Below are positions 52,630-64,000 of a DNA stretch of 64,000 nt, piece by piece. The DNA comes from Octopus vulgaris (taxonomy: Eukaryota). The stretch covers positions 37,696,001-37,760,000 of the forward strand of contig OX597821.1 in assembly GCA_951406725.2 (NCBI GenBank). Direction: 5' to 3'. A program made the position numbers and the translations under genes. The notes below the pieces were generated by a model. It made no database searches and had not been told where the DNA came from. It was given only the letters and a program-made list of their open reading frames with translations. Positions within the stretch are counted from its first letter, which is position 1. Every line of letters starts with the position of its first letter.

Positions 52630-53978
52630 CAGGGGGTACCATGGGACAAGTTCCGCTCCCACTTTTTCAGGAACGAGGGTAAACCATGTTTTGTCCCCAC
52701 CCACTTTTCCCCAATTAAAAAACAAAGTGCCACCGTCAATCTAGGTGGCCTATTGTATATATTTCTTTACTACCCACAAGGGGCTAAACACAGAGAGGAC
52801 AAACAAGGACAGACAAACGGATTAAGTCGATTACATCGACCCCAGTGCGTAACTGGTACTTATTTAATTGACCCCGAATTGATGAAAGGCAAAGTCGACC
52901 TCCGTGGAATTTGAACCCAGAACGTAACGGCAGACGAAATACGGCTACGCATTTCGCCCGGCGCGCTAACGTTTCTGCCAGCTCGCCGCCTTATAGGTGG
53001 CCTATTGTATAGTGTCAAACTGGTGCAGGGGGAGCTACAAAATCTACGCAGTGAATACAAATTTCAGGAGCTGTTCAATACAGCAGATGAAATGATTTAG
53101 CAACTCAATATTTCTCTTTTGGAGCTACCCAGGCAACAAAAAGTTCCTAAAAGATACCAGGAAGGAAATGTGTTAAAATATCAACACTGCACTGTTTTGG
53201 ATCATTACAGAGTGCAGTATTTGCAGATGGTGAACACTGCAATAGCAAATTTGAAAGATTTTTTTTCTCACGGGATTTAGCAGATTATGAATAAACCGAA
53301 CCATATTTTACTCAATGGAAATTTTTGTGCTGAAGTGATCTTGCAGTATTCAGAGCTTGATGAATTTTCTTTAAGGAACGAAATGCCTTTTTTTTTTTTT
53401 GAAATTATCATAGTGAGTTATCTCTCAAGGATCATCGTAAAATATTTGGTGAAATGCAACCAGAAATCCGTCGCATTTTTGCAAATGTTGAGCGGTAGCT
53501 CAAGCTACTTTTAGTGTTTCCAACCAGTTCTTGTGAAGCTGAAGGATCTTTTAGCATTCTACGGAAAATCAAAACTTGACTGCAGTCGACCAGCAAAAGC
53601 TGAATCATATTCTAATATGCCACGTTCGTAGAAATGTTTTGAAAAAGACTAGTCGTGAAGAAGCTGCTAAATTATTTATTGACAGCAATGATGCAAGATA
53701 TAATATGTTTGGAAAGTTCTAAAAGACAAATTTACTTTACATTTTTTTAATTCAAACATCTGTGTTTCATTTTTAGTTTATTTGGTATAATAAATTCTTT
53801 TTAAGCTTATTTTATTATATCTGACGTTCATTTGAGAAGTAAAATTTCTCGTTAATTAAATTTGATATAATGTGACAGGGTCCGGGAAAGGCACCATAAG
53901 CACTACTAACATGCTCCTTTCAGAATCAACGAATGTTGGTTTCTCCCCATCACATTTTCAAGGCAACTGAGGTCCCTG
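52630..53978 (+). mobile_element. Internally deleted hAT DNA transposon with decayed C-terminal transposase
   Basis: Ends CAGGG...CCCTG; translation LELPRQQKVPKRY...DHYRVQY and PTSSCEAEGSFSILRKIKT*LQST...KLNHILICH (hAT dimerisation domain). No matching 8-bp TSD seen. Confidence 0.85.
52760..52990 (-). mobile_element. SINE family B with 18-bp TSD, nested in the hAT element
   Basis: TAGGTGGCCTATTGTATA at 52742-52759 and 52994-53011. Confidence 0.95.
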
Positions 53979-56091
53979 GTTATATATAATCCTTAATTCT
54001 AGATTTCTGGCCTTAAAATTCTTCATTCACTGTACGTTATTAACGATAATTCGGAGATATCTATTTGTTTTGTATAAATTAAATATACATGGCACTGATA
54101 AAGCAACGATATGCGCATTCGCACAATTGCAGTTTATTGTGTGCGATTAATATGGCTGCATGTAAACAATAATATTACATTTGGCTAATATCAAACAGCA
54201 TCAGAGTTGTAATGTGAAGCGAAGTGATAAAGCCGGAGGCAAATTGAGAAAATGTAACAGAAACATTGACGGGATGCCAATAGAAGAATATAACAACGTA
54301 TTGAAATGAAGTATTTTTTGGGAATGTTGTCAAAACTGTAAAATTATATCATATGGAATGTAACCACACACACACACACACACACGTACACACATATAAA
54401 CGCTCACACGCACAAAAGGATGCATGCACGCTAATACAATGAAAGGTGAGTTTCTACAGTAGATTACACAGAGCATCAAAATGTGATAATGTGTAATTTA
54501 ATGCGAAGGGGAATTGTAGATTGGTCGGTTGATTTATCGGCAAATTGAACTCCTAAATTGATCTTTTAGGTTAAGTCTACTGCAGCGAATTAGATCCAAC
54601 ATTATGCGTATACAATGTGTCTCTAATCAACATGTATGAGCGTGTGGTCTAAACAGACACACATGCACTCCACCCACACAGAAGTCCATGAAGAAGAGAC
54701 AAAAGATGTGTGTAAGCTGTCATTCTGAAACAGACAACCGTGCTGTGTAGAAATATAAGAAACTGATTTTGCTGCTCTCCGACTTCTGTACAGATCTCAG
54801 CTAATAAAAAAAACCTTATCTAATTTACTCTTATTTAATAATGACGCTACTAACTTTGTTATATTTTATTAAAGAACAGTTTTATTTATCTAAGCGATCA
54901 TTGGAGTAGGTTTATGTGAGGAGAATCACGGAGAAACTAAATTGCTTCAGTAATCAAGCTTTTATTTCATATAAAATGACGTTCTTCTACTCACCATTCG
55001 TGTGTGTGTGTGTGTGTGTGTGTGTGTTGTCAAATAAAAGCACATACAGACATTCACCCACACATTTCCCACCCACGCACATATACAAGTATACATGTGG
55101 CTATCTATGCTTACAAACGGTCAACTCATTCAAGTACTCTGCCAACCAATCGAATGCTCTGTACTTTGTAGCCTGTCATTGGAGGTGCTGTCCTCATTCT
55201 TCAATGTATTTCGCTAGAACAACTGTCCGTTCGCTTGTTGAATTTCTGTGATTCATTCCGTGATTGTATCTTGATAATATAATGCATTCATATCTCTGTC
55301 CTCCTTCCACCACTATAAGTAGGGCGGGACACAAGTTAGGGTTTCTAATTCTAATACATAAAGGTATGAGACGATACTTAATGAACTAAATACCAACAAT
55401 CATAGAGAACCTATAATTGCAGTATGTTTTTAATTAGCTCATTATTAAATATAGGGGTGATGTCAAAGATTTAAAATGTGATGCATAACCAGTTACACAT
55501 GTAAAATGTAAAGTTACTCAAAGGTGATTTCAATTTTACAAAGTATTCAAGTTTTTGTCGAGATCACCTGAATCCCTTCCATATTCAGATTTGTAATTTT
55601 GTCCTGTTAAATTGGATCTTTCATGTTTCCTATGTTTTGTACTGAAATATGCAAAACAGGGTGCCCTGGATTATTGTAAGCGGGAGAGGAGTGGTACATG
55701 TTTCTAAAGCAGGGTTATATGTTTCTAATTGATAGCTAGTAAAACATATATATCATGAGATAATGAGCGACTATGTGATGGTCATGCCATTCTCAAAGTA
55801 TTAATCATGAAACATATATGGAATATTGTCAATTGCCGCTCTGTGCATGTCATGTTTTCTCCAAAATTTACCCAATGGCAGATTATCGTCTTTAAATCGA
55901 AGTTACATATATATTTATTGTTACACAATTTAAATCTTAAATTCACATATAATTTTACACGACAATATGCAAGAATATCCATTTGTCGTATTTATTTGAG
56001 GTAGAACCAATATGCAAATGCTTATGTTTTTCTGTTGTAAATTTCGCTCGAAATCAAATATATAACCTTGCTGTGATATCACTTAATGACA

Positions 56092-56597
56092 TCTATATAT
56101 ATAAAACTCTAGTTGTGTGAGTGTCTGTCCCCTTCGATTTAGATTCCTAACTCCTCCCACATTTTGCGGTGCAGTTTAACCAAATTCGGGTATCTTATAG
56201 TCGTGATTCATATCGAGCCCGTCTGACTATTAGCGCGCGTCAACGATGAGTCTACGATTTTAAAAATAATTTAACATCATTTTTTATTCCATTTTAATGC
56301 ATAAAATGCATCGTATGTCGATGGCGGCGGAGTTGGCGTCCACGCTCACAGCTGCACCTGTTTGCTTCTCCCCCTTCCCTCCCTCGTGAAGCTGTGGGGA
56401 AGGGAGTGTAAAGAAATCAACGTCGCAATGCGTTGTGAAGGAAACCAGCGTTCTTTTAGAACAACGACTTCATGGCTTGAAGACACCAAAACAAAAATGG
56501 CTAAGAAAGCCCGAATTTATAAGGGAAGTAACTCTCTAAAAATGCTTATATAGTTATTTCCCTTACAAACCCGAGCAACGCCGGGCGATACTGCTAG
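56092..56597 (+). mobile_element. Non-autonomous Helitron
   Basis: A|TCTATATATATAAAA start; hairpin CCCGAGCAACGCCGGG then CTGCTAG|T. Confidence 0.87.
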
Positions 56598-56636
56598 TTG
56601 TATATATAATCATGGAAATGAAATACAGGCATTATA

Positions 56637-56867
56637 TATTTCTTTACTACCCACAAGGTGCTAAACACAGAGGGGACAAACAAGGACTGACAAAGGGATT
56701 AAGTCTATTACATCGACCCCAGTGTGAAACTGGTACATTATTTATCGACTCCGAAAGGATGAAAGGCAAAGTCGACCTCGGCGGAATTCGAACTCAGAAC
56801 GTAACGACAGACGAAATACCGCTAAGCATTTCGCTCGGCGCGCTAACGTTTCTGCCAGCTCGCCGCC
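56637..56867 (-). mobile_element. SINE family B
   Basis: Reverse complement of 20339-20569. Confidence 0.93.
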
Positions 56868-57574
56868 TTATATAGACCTGTTTTCAATGCTGACTTCGAA
56901 GTCACTATCCTGTTTTCCAGTTTGTTGTTCCCTAGGATTGTTGGGCTATTAATAATACTGCTTTGAATATTGTAGAGAAGCGTTTGAAGAAAAGATCTGG
57001 TCAGGGTTTAATTACAAAAGGAAGATGTATGGAAAAATTGATTATCATAAGATTTGGAAAAGATGAGTTAAGGTAGAAAATTGAAGCGAGTAAGTTGGTG
57101 TACTTTAGAACTAGTCAAAAGAAACCAAGATGGTCGGACAAGGACAAGTATGAGCAAATACTCCTTATTAGTTCTGTATTTTATGATTAGAATTAGAAGG
57201 CAGCGCTGTTGATGCACGAAAATTTGTGTCCATGTTGCGTCATTTAGATGAGACAGAAACAATGTCCATTTAAAAAAAAAATTTTTTATTAAATAGTGCT
57301 TTATATAATTACCTTTTTTAATGTTATAATTAATTTTAATTAAATGTTTTCTTTGTTCTATTTTCAGGTAAGTACAAAACATTTTGAAAAATGTTTTTTG
57401 ATTTCCCTGAAAAATCCATGTTCTGGAATGTTTTACCCACAAAAGAAGGTCTATGTGAGTTATTTATTTTTCTACAATTCCCTCTTAGATTTGGGATTCA
57501 TCCATTCACCACACCTTTTCTATTGATGGATTACTGCATTCAATTTGTTGCCATTCTGTGTAACCCCTTGTACA

Positions 57575-57630
<56 letters not shown>

Positions 57631-57822
57631 AGCAGCGTACGTACACCTTGTTTTATATGTGTATATATATATATATATATTTATTTATTTATATATATAT
57701 GTTATATATATATATTTATATATATGTTATATATATATTTATTCTTCCTCCACCTTCCTCCGCCTCACTCTCTATATGTATCACATCGAAACTAACTATG
57801 ACTTAATGTTTCCTCTCACACC

Positions 57823-57877
57823 GTCTCCGATGAAGGGATATTATTATTAATTAATATTCTAGAAACAGCTGTAAGAT
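57823..57877 (+). ncRNA. Variant hammerhead motif (CCGAUGA core)
   Basis: gtct CCGATGA a gggatatta...taatattct a GAAA cagct GTA agat; palindromic ACAGCTGT stem III. Confidence 0.6.
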
Positions 57878-57943
57878 CATCTATCTATAAATGCTCTAAT
57901 ATCTATACAGCCTTGGTTTTTTTTAATCTCATTACGCAAAAAA

Positions 57944-58007
<64 letters not shown>

Positions 58008-58025
58008 ATCAATATATATAATAAA

Positions 58026-58230
58026 TGTCAGCTCATTGCGGCTGTTTCTTACGCATTTTTAACAGAAGAATGAGAACGTTACTTCGTTACAAAAAAACAG
58101 TAATCCTCAGTGAACCATAATTTTACAATACATTATATTTCATTTGATGATTACGGTGTTTTTGCAATGGAGAAATGTTTTCATTCTTCTATTAAAAAGA
58201 TGTGTGAGAAACAGCTGTAAGGAGCTGACA
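58026..58230. repeat. Diverged inverted repeat (~55-bp arms) carrying the GAAACAGCTGTA half of a hammerhead
   Basis: 58026-58080 approximates the reverse complement of 58174-58230. Confidence 0.75.
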
Positions 58231-58554
58231 ATTATCCATCGTCTGTCATTATTCATTTGATTATAATACACCAAGGGGATTTACGACTTATCGGACACCT
58301 TAGAGTATTTTCAACAATGTACAATTCAATGTAACGCGTGCTTTGGACCAGCCCCTAGGTGCTAAATACCCATAGGGTGGGTTTTCTCTGTGCACTCAAC
58401 CGGAATATCCTATTTGATACATATCAACCATAGGCCGGAACCACAGGTTTATCCATCCCTACCTGGTGCATATCTTTTCCAGTAACCGATTTTATCTCAA
58501 TCCTTATTTTCCTATATATATATAATCAAAATAAGCAACAAGAAGGACTCCGGT

Positions 58555-58645
58555 AATTTGGTACAATCGTTTCGTACTACATCATTTTATTAAATGTTGT
58601 AAGTATTACAACAGATTTAAGATGCTGAGTACTCATCAGCCAATT
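58555..58645 (-). ncRNA. Type I hammerhead ribozyme, canonical core, long stem II
   Basis: aattgg CTGATGA gtact...agtac GAAA cgatt GTA ccaaatt; stem II continues through catc/gatg, ttaaa/tttaa and tgttgtaa/ttacaaca. Confidence 0.82.
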
Positions 58646-58696
58646 ATATTATCTAAATTAAGTACCATATCCATTTGAATCTAAATGTTTGCTGAA

Positions 58697-58750
<54 letters not shown>

Positions 58751-58805
58751 CATGTGCGCACACACACACACACACGCGTGTGTTAATGAATGGAGTAGAT
58801 AAGAA

Positions 58806-58895
58806 CCGGGTTACACATGTTTCATTGCGAGTGGAACCTCAGAAGTGGTAAATATCTAAGCGACGTGTATACCGCAGGCTACTCTTCAGGCCTAG
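58806..58895 (-). ncRNA. Degenerate hammerhead motif
   Basis: ctaggc CTGAAGA gtagcctgcg...cgcaat GAAA catgt GTA acccgg; core intact, stems I and II mismatched. Confidence 0.45.
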
Positions 58896-59497
58896 GATAT
58901 CTTGATTAAATGAAAGTTTACATTGTCGCAAGGAGGTGTATGTTAACACACAGAAGATTGAATCAGAATGTGTAGTGCTGATTATATATATGATGTGTGT
59001 GTATATATATATATATACATGGTTAGAACATTGAATTACGCTGGATATTGGTATTTACTGAGGATTAACAAACTTAGGTACATGTTTAACATACGTAATA
59101 CATAACTCATAAATACATAAGTCATATGTAGATTTGCAATTTAGCCGTAGATTATATTTTGCAGCTAAAACATTTTTTTCGCGTTCTGTTTTTTTTTTAG
59201 TGTTTATTGCAACTACCTGTAACTTAATGAGAAAATTCTTAACTTTGTTCAGTCGTTATCACCTTAAAGAATTAATATTTAAGAAAGATTTTTTTCATTC
59301 CTTTTATTTTAGTTAGTGGTACAAGAAAGAATTAAGAATTCATTAAAACGTCCATCTGTAGATAGTGTGATTGTATATATTATATATATATAACGGTGTG
59401 TTTGTGTCTATGTGCGTGTCCGTGCTTGTGTGTGTATGTGTGTGTGATAAGTGCCATGCACGGGACTCTCGACCCTTGAGTCACTTAGTCTCTCATG

Positions 59498-60080
59498 TAT
59501 TATTATTATTATTATTATTATTATTGAGTGAGAGAGCAATGCATGCCATCAAAGTGACACTGGGATTCAAATATACGAAGCCCAGCATACCCATCATACT
59601 ATACATCTGATAAGGGTACACCGAGCATATGCATAACAACCATATGTGCGTGACATGGTGATATAGTATCAAGATGAACAGTGCATGACCTTGTAGGAGG
59701 GGCCCAGTTAGAATTTTCTTCAGGTCGAGTAGCCCACCCTGCTGAAAAGATCCTTGAATAAGGATTATTTAAGGCTGTCAAACTAAACCCCCATGTTCCC
59801 AGGGGTGAATTATTCAAATCCTGGAAATTTCCTTTTAACACATGGCTATGATGTTTCCCCACTAATCTTGCACTTGATCAGAGATGCATATATCATCGGC
59901 CGCTAAGGGATGTGCTCAACTGGTTAAAGTCCGAACAACGGACAAGTAAATCTGTGATATTGAGCAGAATGTTTGCTGTAACCCATCTTTTTTCCTAATA
60001 TAAAACATGTACATGATAACACTTCCAACCAGCTAAGATCAGAAGCCACTAGATCCACTGCCTGCAACTTCATCAGGGAA
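59498..60080 (-). mobile_element. Probable LINE 3' UTR fragment ending in (TAA)n; family not identified
   Basis: Higher-GC block directly abutting a (TTA)n run at 59498-59525; no recognisable protein motif. Confidence 0.35.
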
Positions 60081-60094
60081 AGCGGTAATTCGTT

Positions 60095-60232
60095 CTTCTT
60101 TACGTTCTGAGTTCAAAACCCACCGGGGTCGACATTGCCTTTCAATCTTTCGGGATCGATAGATCAGGTACCACTGAAAGACGATAATCGACTTTCTCCC
60201 TCCAAATTTCAGGCCTTGTTCCTTTAGTAGAA
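60095..60232 (+). mobile_element. SINE family B fragment
   Basis: TTACGTTCTGAGTTCAAA...GGTCGACATTGCCTTTCAATCTTTCGGGATCGATA. Confidence 0.75.
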
Positions 60233-60244
60233 ATAATAATAATA

Positions 60245-60292
<48 letters not shown>

Positions 60293-60304
60293 ATCATTAT
60301 TATT

Positions 60305-60363
<59 letters not shown>
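60233..60363. repeat. (TAA)n-(TTA)n-(TAA)n array with polarity switches
   Basis: Read directly. Confidence 0.95.
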
Positions 60364-60364
<1 letters not shown>

Positions 60365-61932
60365 TAGAAGTTACAAAAGCAATTCGCACGGCTAGGCATT
60401 GTAATGAAGACAGATGGTGGCTGCTGTAGCTCCAAGCCACAAAGGCTACTGTGCGTTGGCTATAAAAAGAGGAACCGTTTAATTAGCACAGTGAAGGATT
60501 TTCCCCTCACCAGGTGGTCATCACTAAAATGAGGTTAGTTAACTTCCCAGACGATATTAGACATAAAGACTTATAAGTAAAATATCGAGAGCTATCAGCC
60601 GTATAGAAATCAGTTTCCACTGCAGATAGGCTTGTGATTTTGTCCCCGCATGTTAACCTCACTTCTTTATTACTGTTGATTGAATTAGATATCTATTTTT
60701 AGTTTCTTTTTCATTTATCCATTCAGATATTCATATAGTAATATATTTTTTATACTAGTGTGCATTTGTACTTCCTGGATTTTTGTGAGTGTATGTACTT
60801 AGCGTAAAATGACATCGTTTGATTATTCTCCCCACTTCTTTGAAGCCATATTTCAGAGAAATTCTTTTACCTGTAATAAATCAGACTTGCTTCTCAACCA
60901 TTAAATCAGAAAAAAATAGTTCGATATGTATTATCTGTGTTTATAGAGTTACAAAATTTAGTTTCTGAAGAGCCTCTGAGGTAGTGAAAGCAGAATTTCT
61001 TGCTAAAACATTAAATTTATCAAATATAACACTTCGGTCTACAGTTATCGTTAACAGTTTCAAAGCCCTCTTTGGAGTTTTAGTCTCCTGGATTATTGAT
61101 TCAAAAATTTTTCTACACATACACAAATATATAACTTTGGTTGTGCTGTTGAAATAACATTAACCCACCGCCTTCAATATTGCACTTTCTTCCGGTTTCC
61201 TTTAAACACCCAATGAATGCTTTTAGGTATATATGCCTGTAAATAACTTGCTAGCCTAAATGTTTTTCTCTTAATTATCAGAGCAAAACGATCTTGCATT
61301 TCTTTGGGTTCATTGTTCGTAATTAATTCAGCCAGTTTTAATGCTGTTATGTACACGTTACACCTGTCCAACTTTATGCGCCTTATCAGCAGCAAAAAAC
61401 TGTTCTTCTTTCTTTGGCAACAAAGTGATTAAACCATCTTTGTTGAAAGCTGTACAAAGAAAAATTAATCGTTGTTGTGTTTTTTCAGGCAACAAAAGAA
61501 AACAAAAATATGTCTTGCAATCATTTTGGCGGCAGAGCAAAAGCTTATAAACACCTTCCACGCTGCAATTGTTATCTTTATGTCTTAGAGGAGAAATGGA
61601 CATTGTTTAGTTTCAATGAATGAAATAAGGTCAGGTGTGGGAACATGTGCTGTTGCAGCACGTAGTTGCAATGAATAAAATAACTGGCTGCCTGTGAAAC
61701 AACGCAATTTAAATAAAGTTGACTTTTATGTAAAAAATGAGTTATTAATTAATTAAAAATGTCAACGCATTAAAGACGGAGTTATTTGTATGAATCTCGG
61801 TTATATTTCTATTGATTATTTTTTGAAATTGTATTGTAAAAGAAGTTTTCTTTCTGACAGAATATTTAGAAGGAAACACTGCGAATGGGAGGTGTTATGT
61901 GCTTTCTTCGAATGTTAATATGGAGGAGTATT

Positions 61933-62297
61933 GAGGTGCAATGGCCCAGTGGTTGGGGCAGCGGACTCGCGGTTTCGATTCCTAGACCGGGCGTTGTGAG
62001 TGTTTATTGAGCGAAAACACCTGAAGTTCCACGAGGCTCCGGCAGGGGATGGTGGCGAACCCTGCTGTACTCTTTCACCACAACTTTCTCATTCTCTATC
62101 TTCCTGTCTCTCTTGTACCTGTATTTCAAAGGACCAGCCTTGTCACACTCTGTGTCACGCTGAATCTCCTCCGAGAACTACGTTAAGGGTACTCGTGTCT
62201 GTGGAATGCTCAGCCACTTGCACGTTAATTTCACGAGTAGGCTGTTCCGTTGAATGGATCAACTGGAACCCTCGCCGTCGTAACCAACGGAGTGCCA
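61933..62297 (+). mobile_element. SINE family C variant
   Basis: A box TGGCCCAGTGG, B box GGTTTCGATTCC; tail shared with 31291-31608. Confidence 0.85.
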
Positions 62298-62567
62298 ACA
62301 AAATATGAAGGAGTAATTCAATTTGAAAAGCAAAATAGACTGATTTTTTTGTGTGCTTCATCATATGTAAATATAGATTTCTCTTGACGCTCTTTAGTAG
62401 AACAATTAATGCCTGTTGTCAATCGTTAGGGTGAAGCAAGATGGTGAAGGATAAAATGTCCTGGTCAGAAACCCAGCAAAATGTCTGACGCTTGTTTGGA
62501 AACAGGATCTGAGTTCAGATAGTTCAGTGTTCCTTTTCCGTAATTCATTTTACAGTTTTGTGTATTT

Positions 62568-62603
<36 letters not shown>

Positions 62604-63587
62604 ATAAGATTTCTATATTTCTAAGAATATCGTTCTATAGGTTTTCGTTTTTGTTTCTGTTCATATAGTGATAAACACGCGCGCACGCACGCTGACATAC
62701 ACACGCATACATATACACATACACACACTAACCTATGCTTATATACATGGACACACACACACCGCCACAAACACACATGATGTTCGCGGATGCTTTCAAA
62801 ATTCTAAGACATATGGGAATGTGAAGATCGATTTTAATAAAGTCCGTCTTTTTTGTTTATTGTAAGACATTGTATGCAACAAGCCAACTGTAGGTAATCA
62901 AAGCTGCAAAAGTAATCTTTTATTCACTAGTTTCTAACTTGAAGACATGTCCATCACAAGAAGGCTTGCCGTAAATAAAGTCTACATGCACGTTACATTA
63001 ATGCTTCTTCTTTTGTCTGTAGCTTTGAATCGTCTTTTTTGAATCTTCTTTTTTGATTTGTTTTTTCCCATCTGACGTTTCTCAAATATTAGATTCTTTT
63101 GCCGCCCCACTCCGCTTTTCTTTCAGTTTCTTCATGTTTCATGTGTCTGCATTATTTAGTAGAGCGTAACTACGGGGGAAAATGATATTCGGTTTGCACA
63201 GTTCAGTTATCAAAACTGTGCAGTGAGAGCAATCAAAACGGCGGCAGGCTTTCTTTATTTTCTAAACAAGAAAAGCTCAATAAAATATATTTCTGACATA
63301 CAACATACATTATAGACGAACACTGCCAGTGTTTTAAGTTGTTCATAAACTACACATCTCACTCCATGCTTGTTGATTTGTATTTTAGGTTTGCAATGAG
63401 AGAGAAAAAAATGTTAAAAACGTGTATTTGCTACATCTGCTTCTTAGATAATTCAAAGTCAAAGAAAAACTGCGCGCGCGCGTGTGCATGTGTGTGCGCG
63501 CGCGTGTGTGTGCGTGTGTGTGTATGCATGTGTATGTGTGCTGGAAACGGCGAAGAAAGTAAAGATTACACTCAAATACTCTAAATC

Positions 63588-63645
63588 AGTGCAGTTCAAA
63601 GTGGTGGTCCAGTGCCGGTCCGTGAGCCATGAGCTGCCGGTACGT
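63588..63645 (+). mobile_element. Possible terminus of a hAT/Charlie-type MITE
   Basis: CAGTG start and CCAGTGCCGGTCCGTG resemble Charlie-like subterminal motifs; the other end is not seen. Confidence 0.3.
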
Positions 63646-64000
63646 TAATTACGTTGGCAAAATTAATATTTAGGTGTTTCAGTTCATTTTGTCACAAAAA
63701 AAGGAAGCTAGAAATGAATTGCTGCACCTCTTTCTGATTCTTTATTATTTTTTTTATGATAGTGGAAAGTTTTGCATTCTGTCCTGACTTGTACATTTAG
63801 TCACAGAAACTTATCGAAGAAGATAAAAATTGAGGCATTTACAAAGGAATTGGAAGCCTGAAGTATGAGTTAATATATGAAACTAGGATTCTGACACAGG
63901 AGAAATTACAACAGTGTGTGGCGGTAGAATACTATCTCAATGAAATTTATGATTAGTTGAGAATAATGTTGTTGGAAATGGTAGGGAGCTTCAACTGGAA

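Overview
AT-rich animal genomic DNA, very dense in microsatellites. The SINE and microsatellite content points to an octopus or other coleoid cephalopod (inferred from remembered repeat sequences, not from a search). I found no intact host protein-coding gene; the ORF track is almost all microsatellite and SINE read-through, so the window looks intronic or intergenic. It holds three tRNA-derived SINE families (about 20 copies, several with clear target-site duplications) and three non-autonomous Helitrons. It also holds decayed Tc1, hAT, RTE and restriction-like-endonuclease LINE fragments. The main unannotated signal is about 11 type I hammerhead ribozyme motifs (CUGANGA...GAAA...GUH) from several unrelated sequence families. 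Most have a palindromic or near-palindromic stem III and sit in short elements next to (TA)n tracts, some with inverted arms. This matches the minimal, dimer-dependent hammerheads known from Penelope-like retroelements, but no Penelope ORF is visible here. All folds were worked out by eye and activity is untested.
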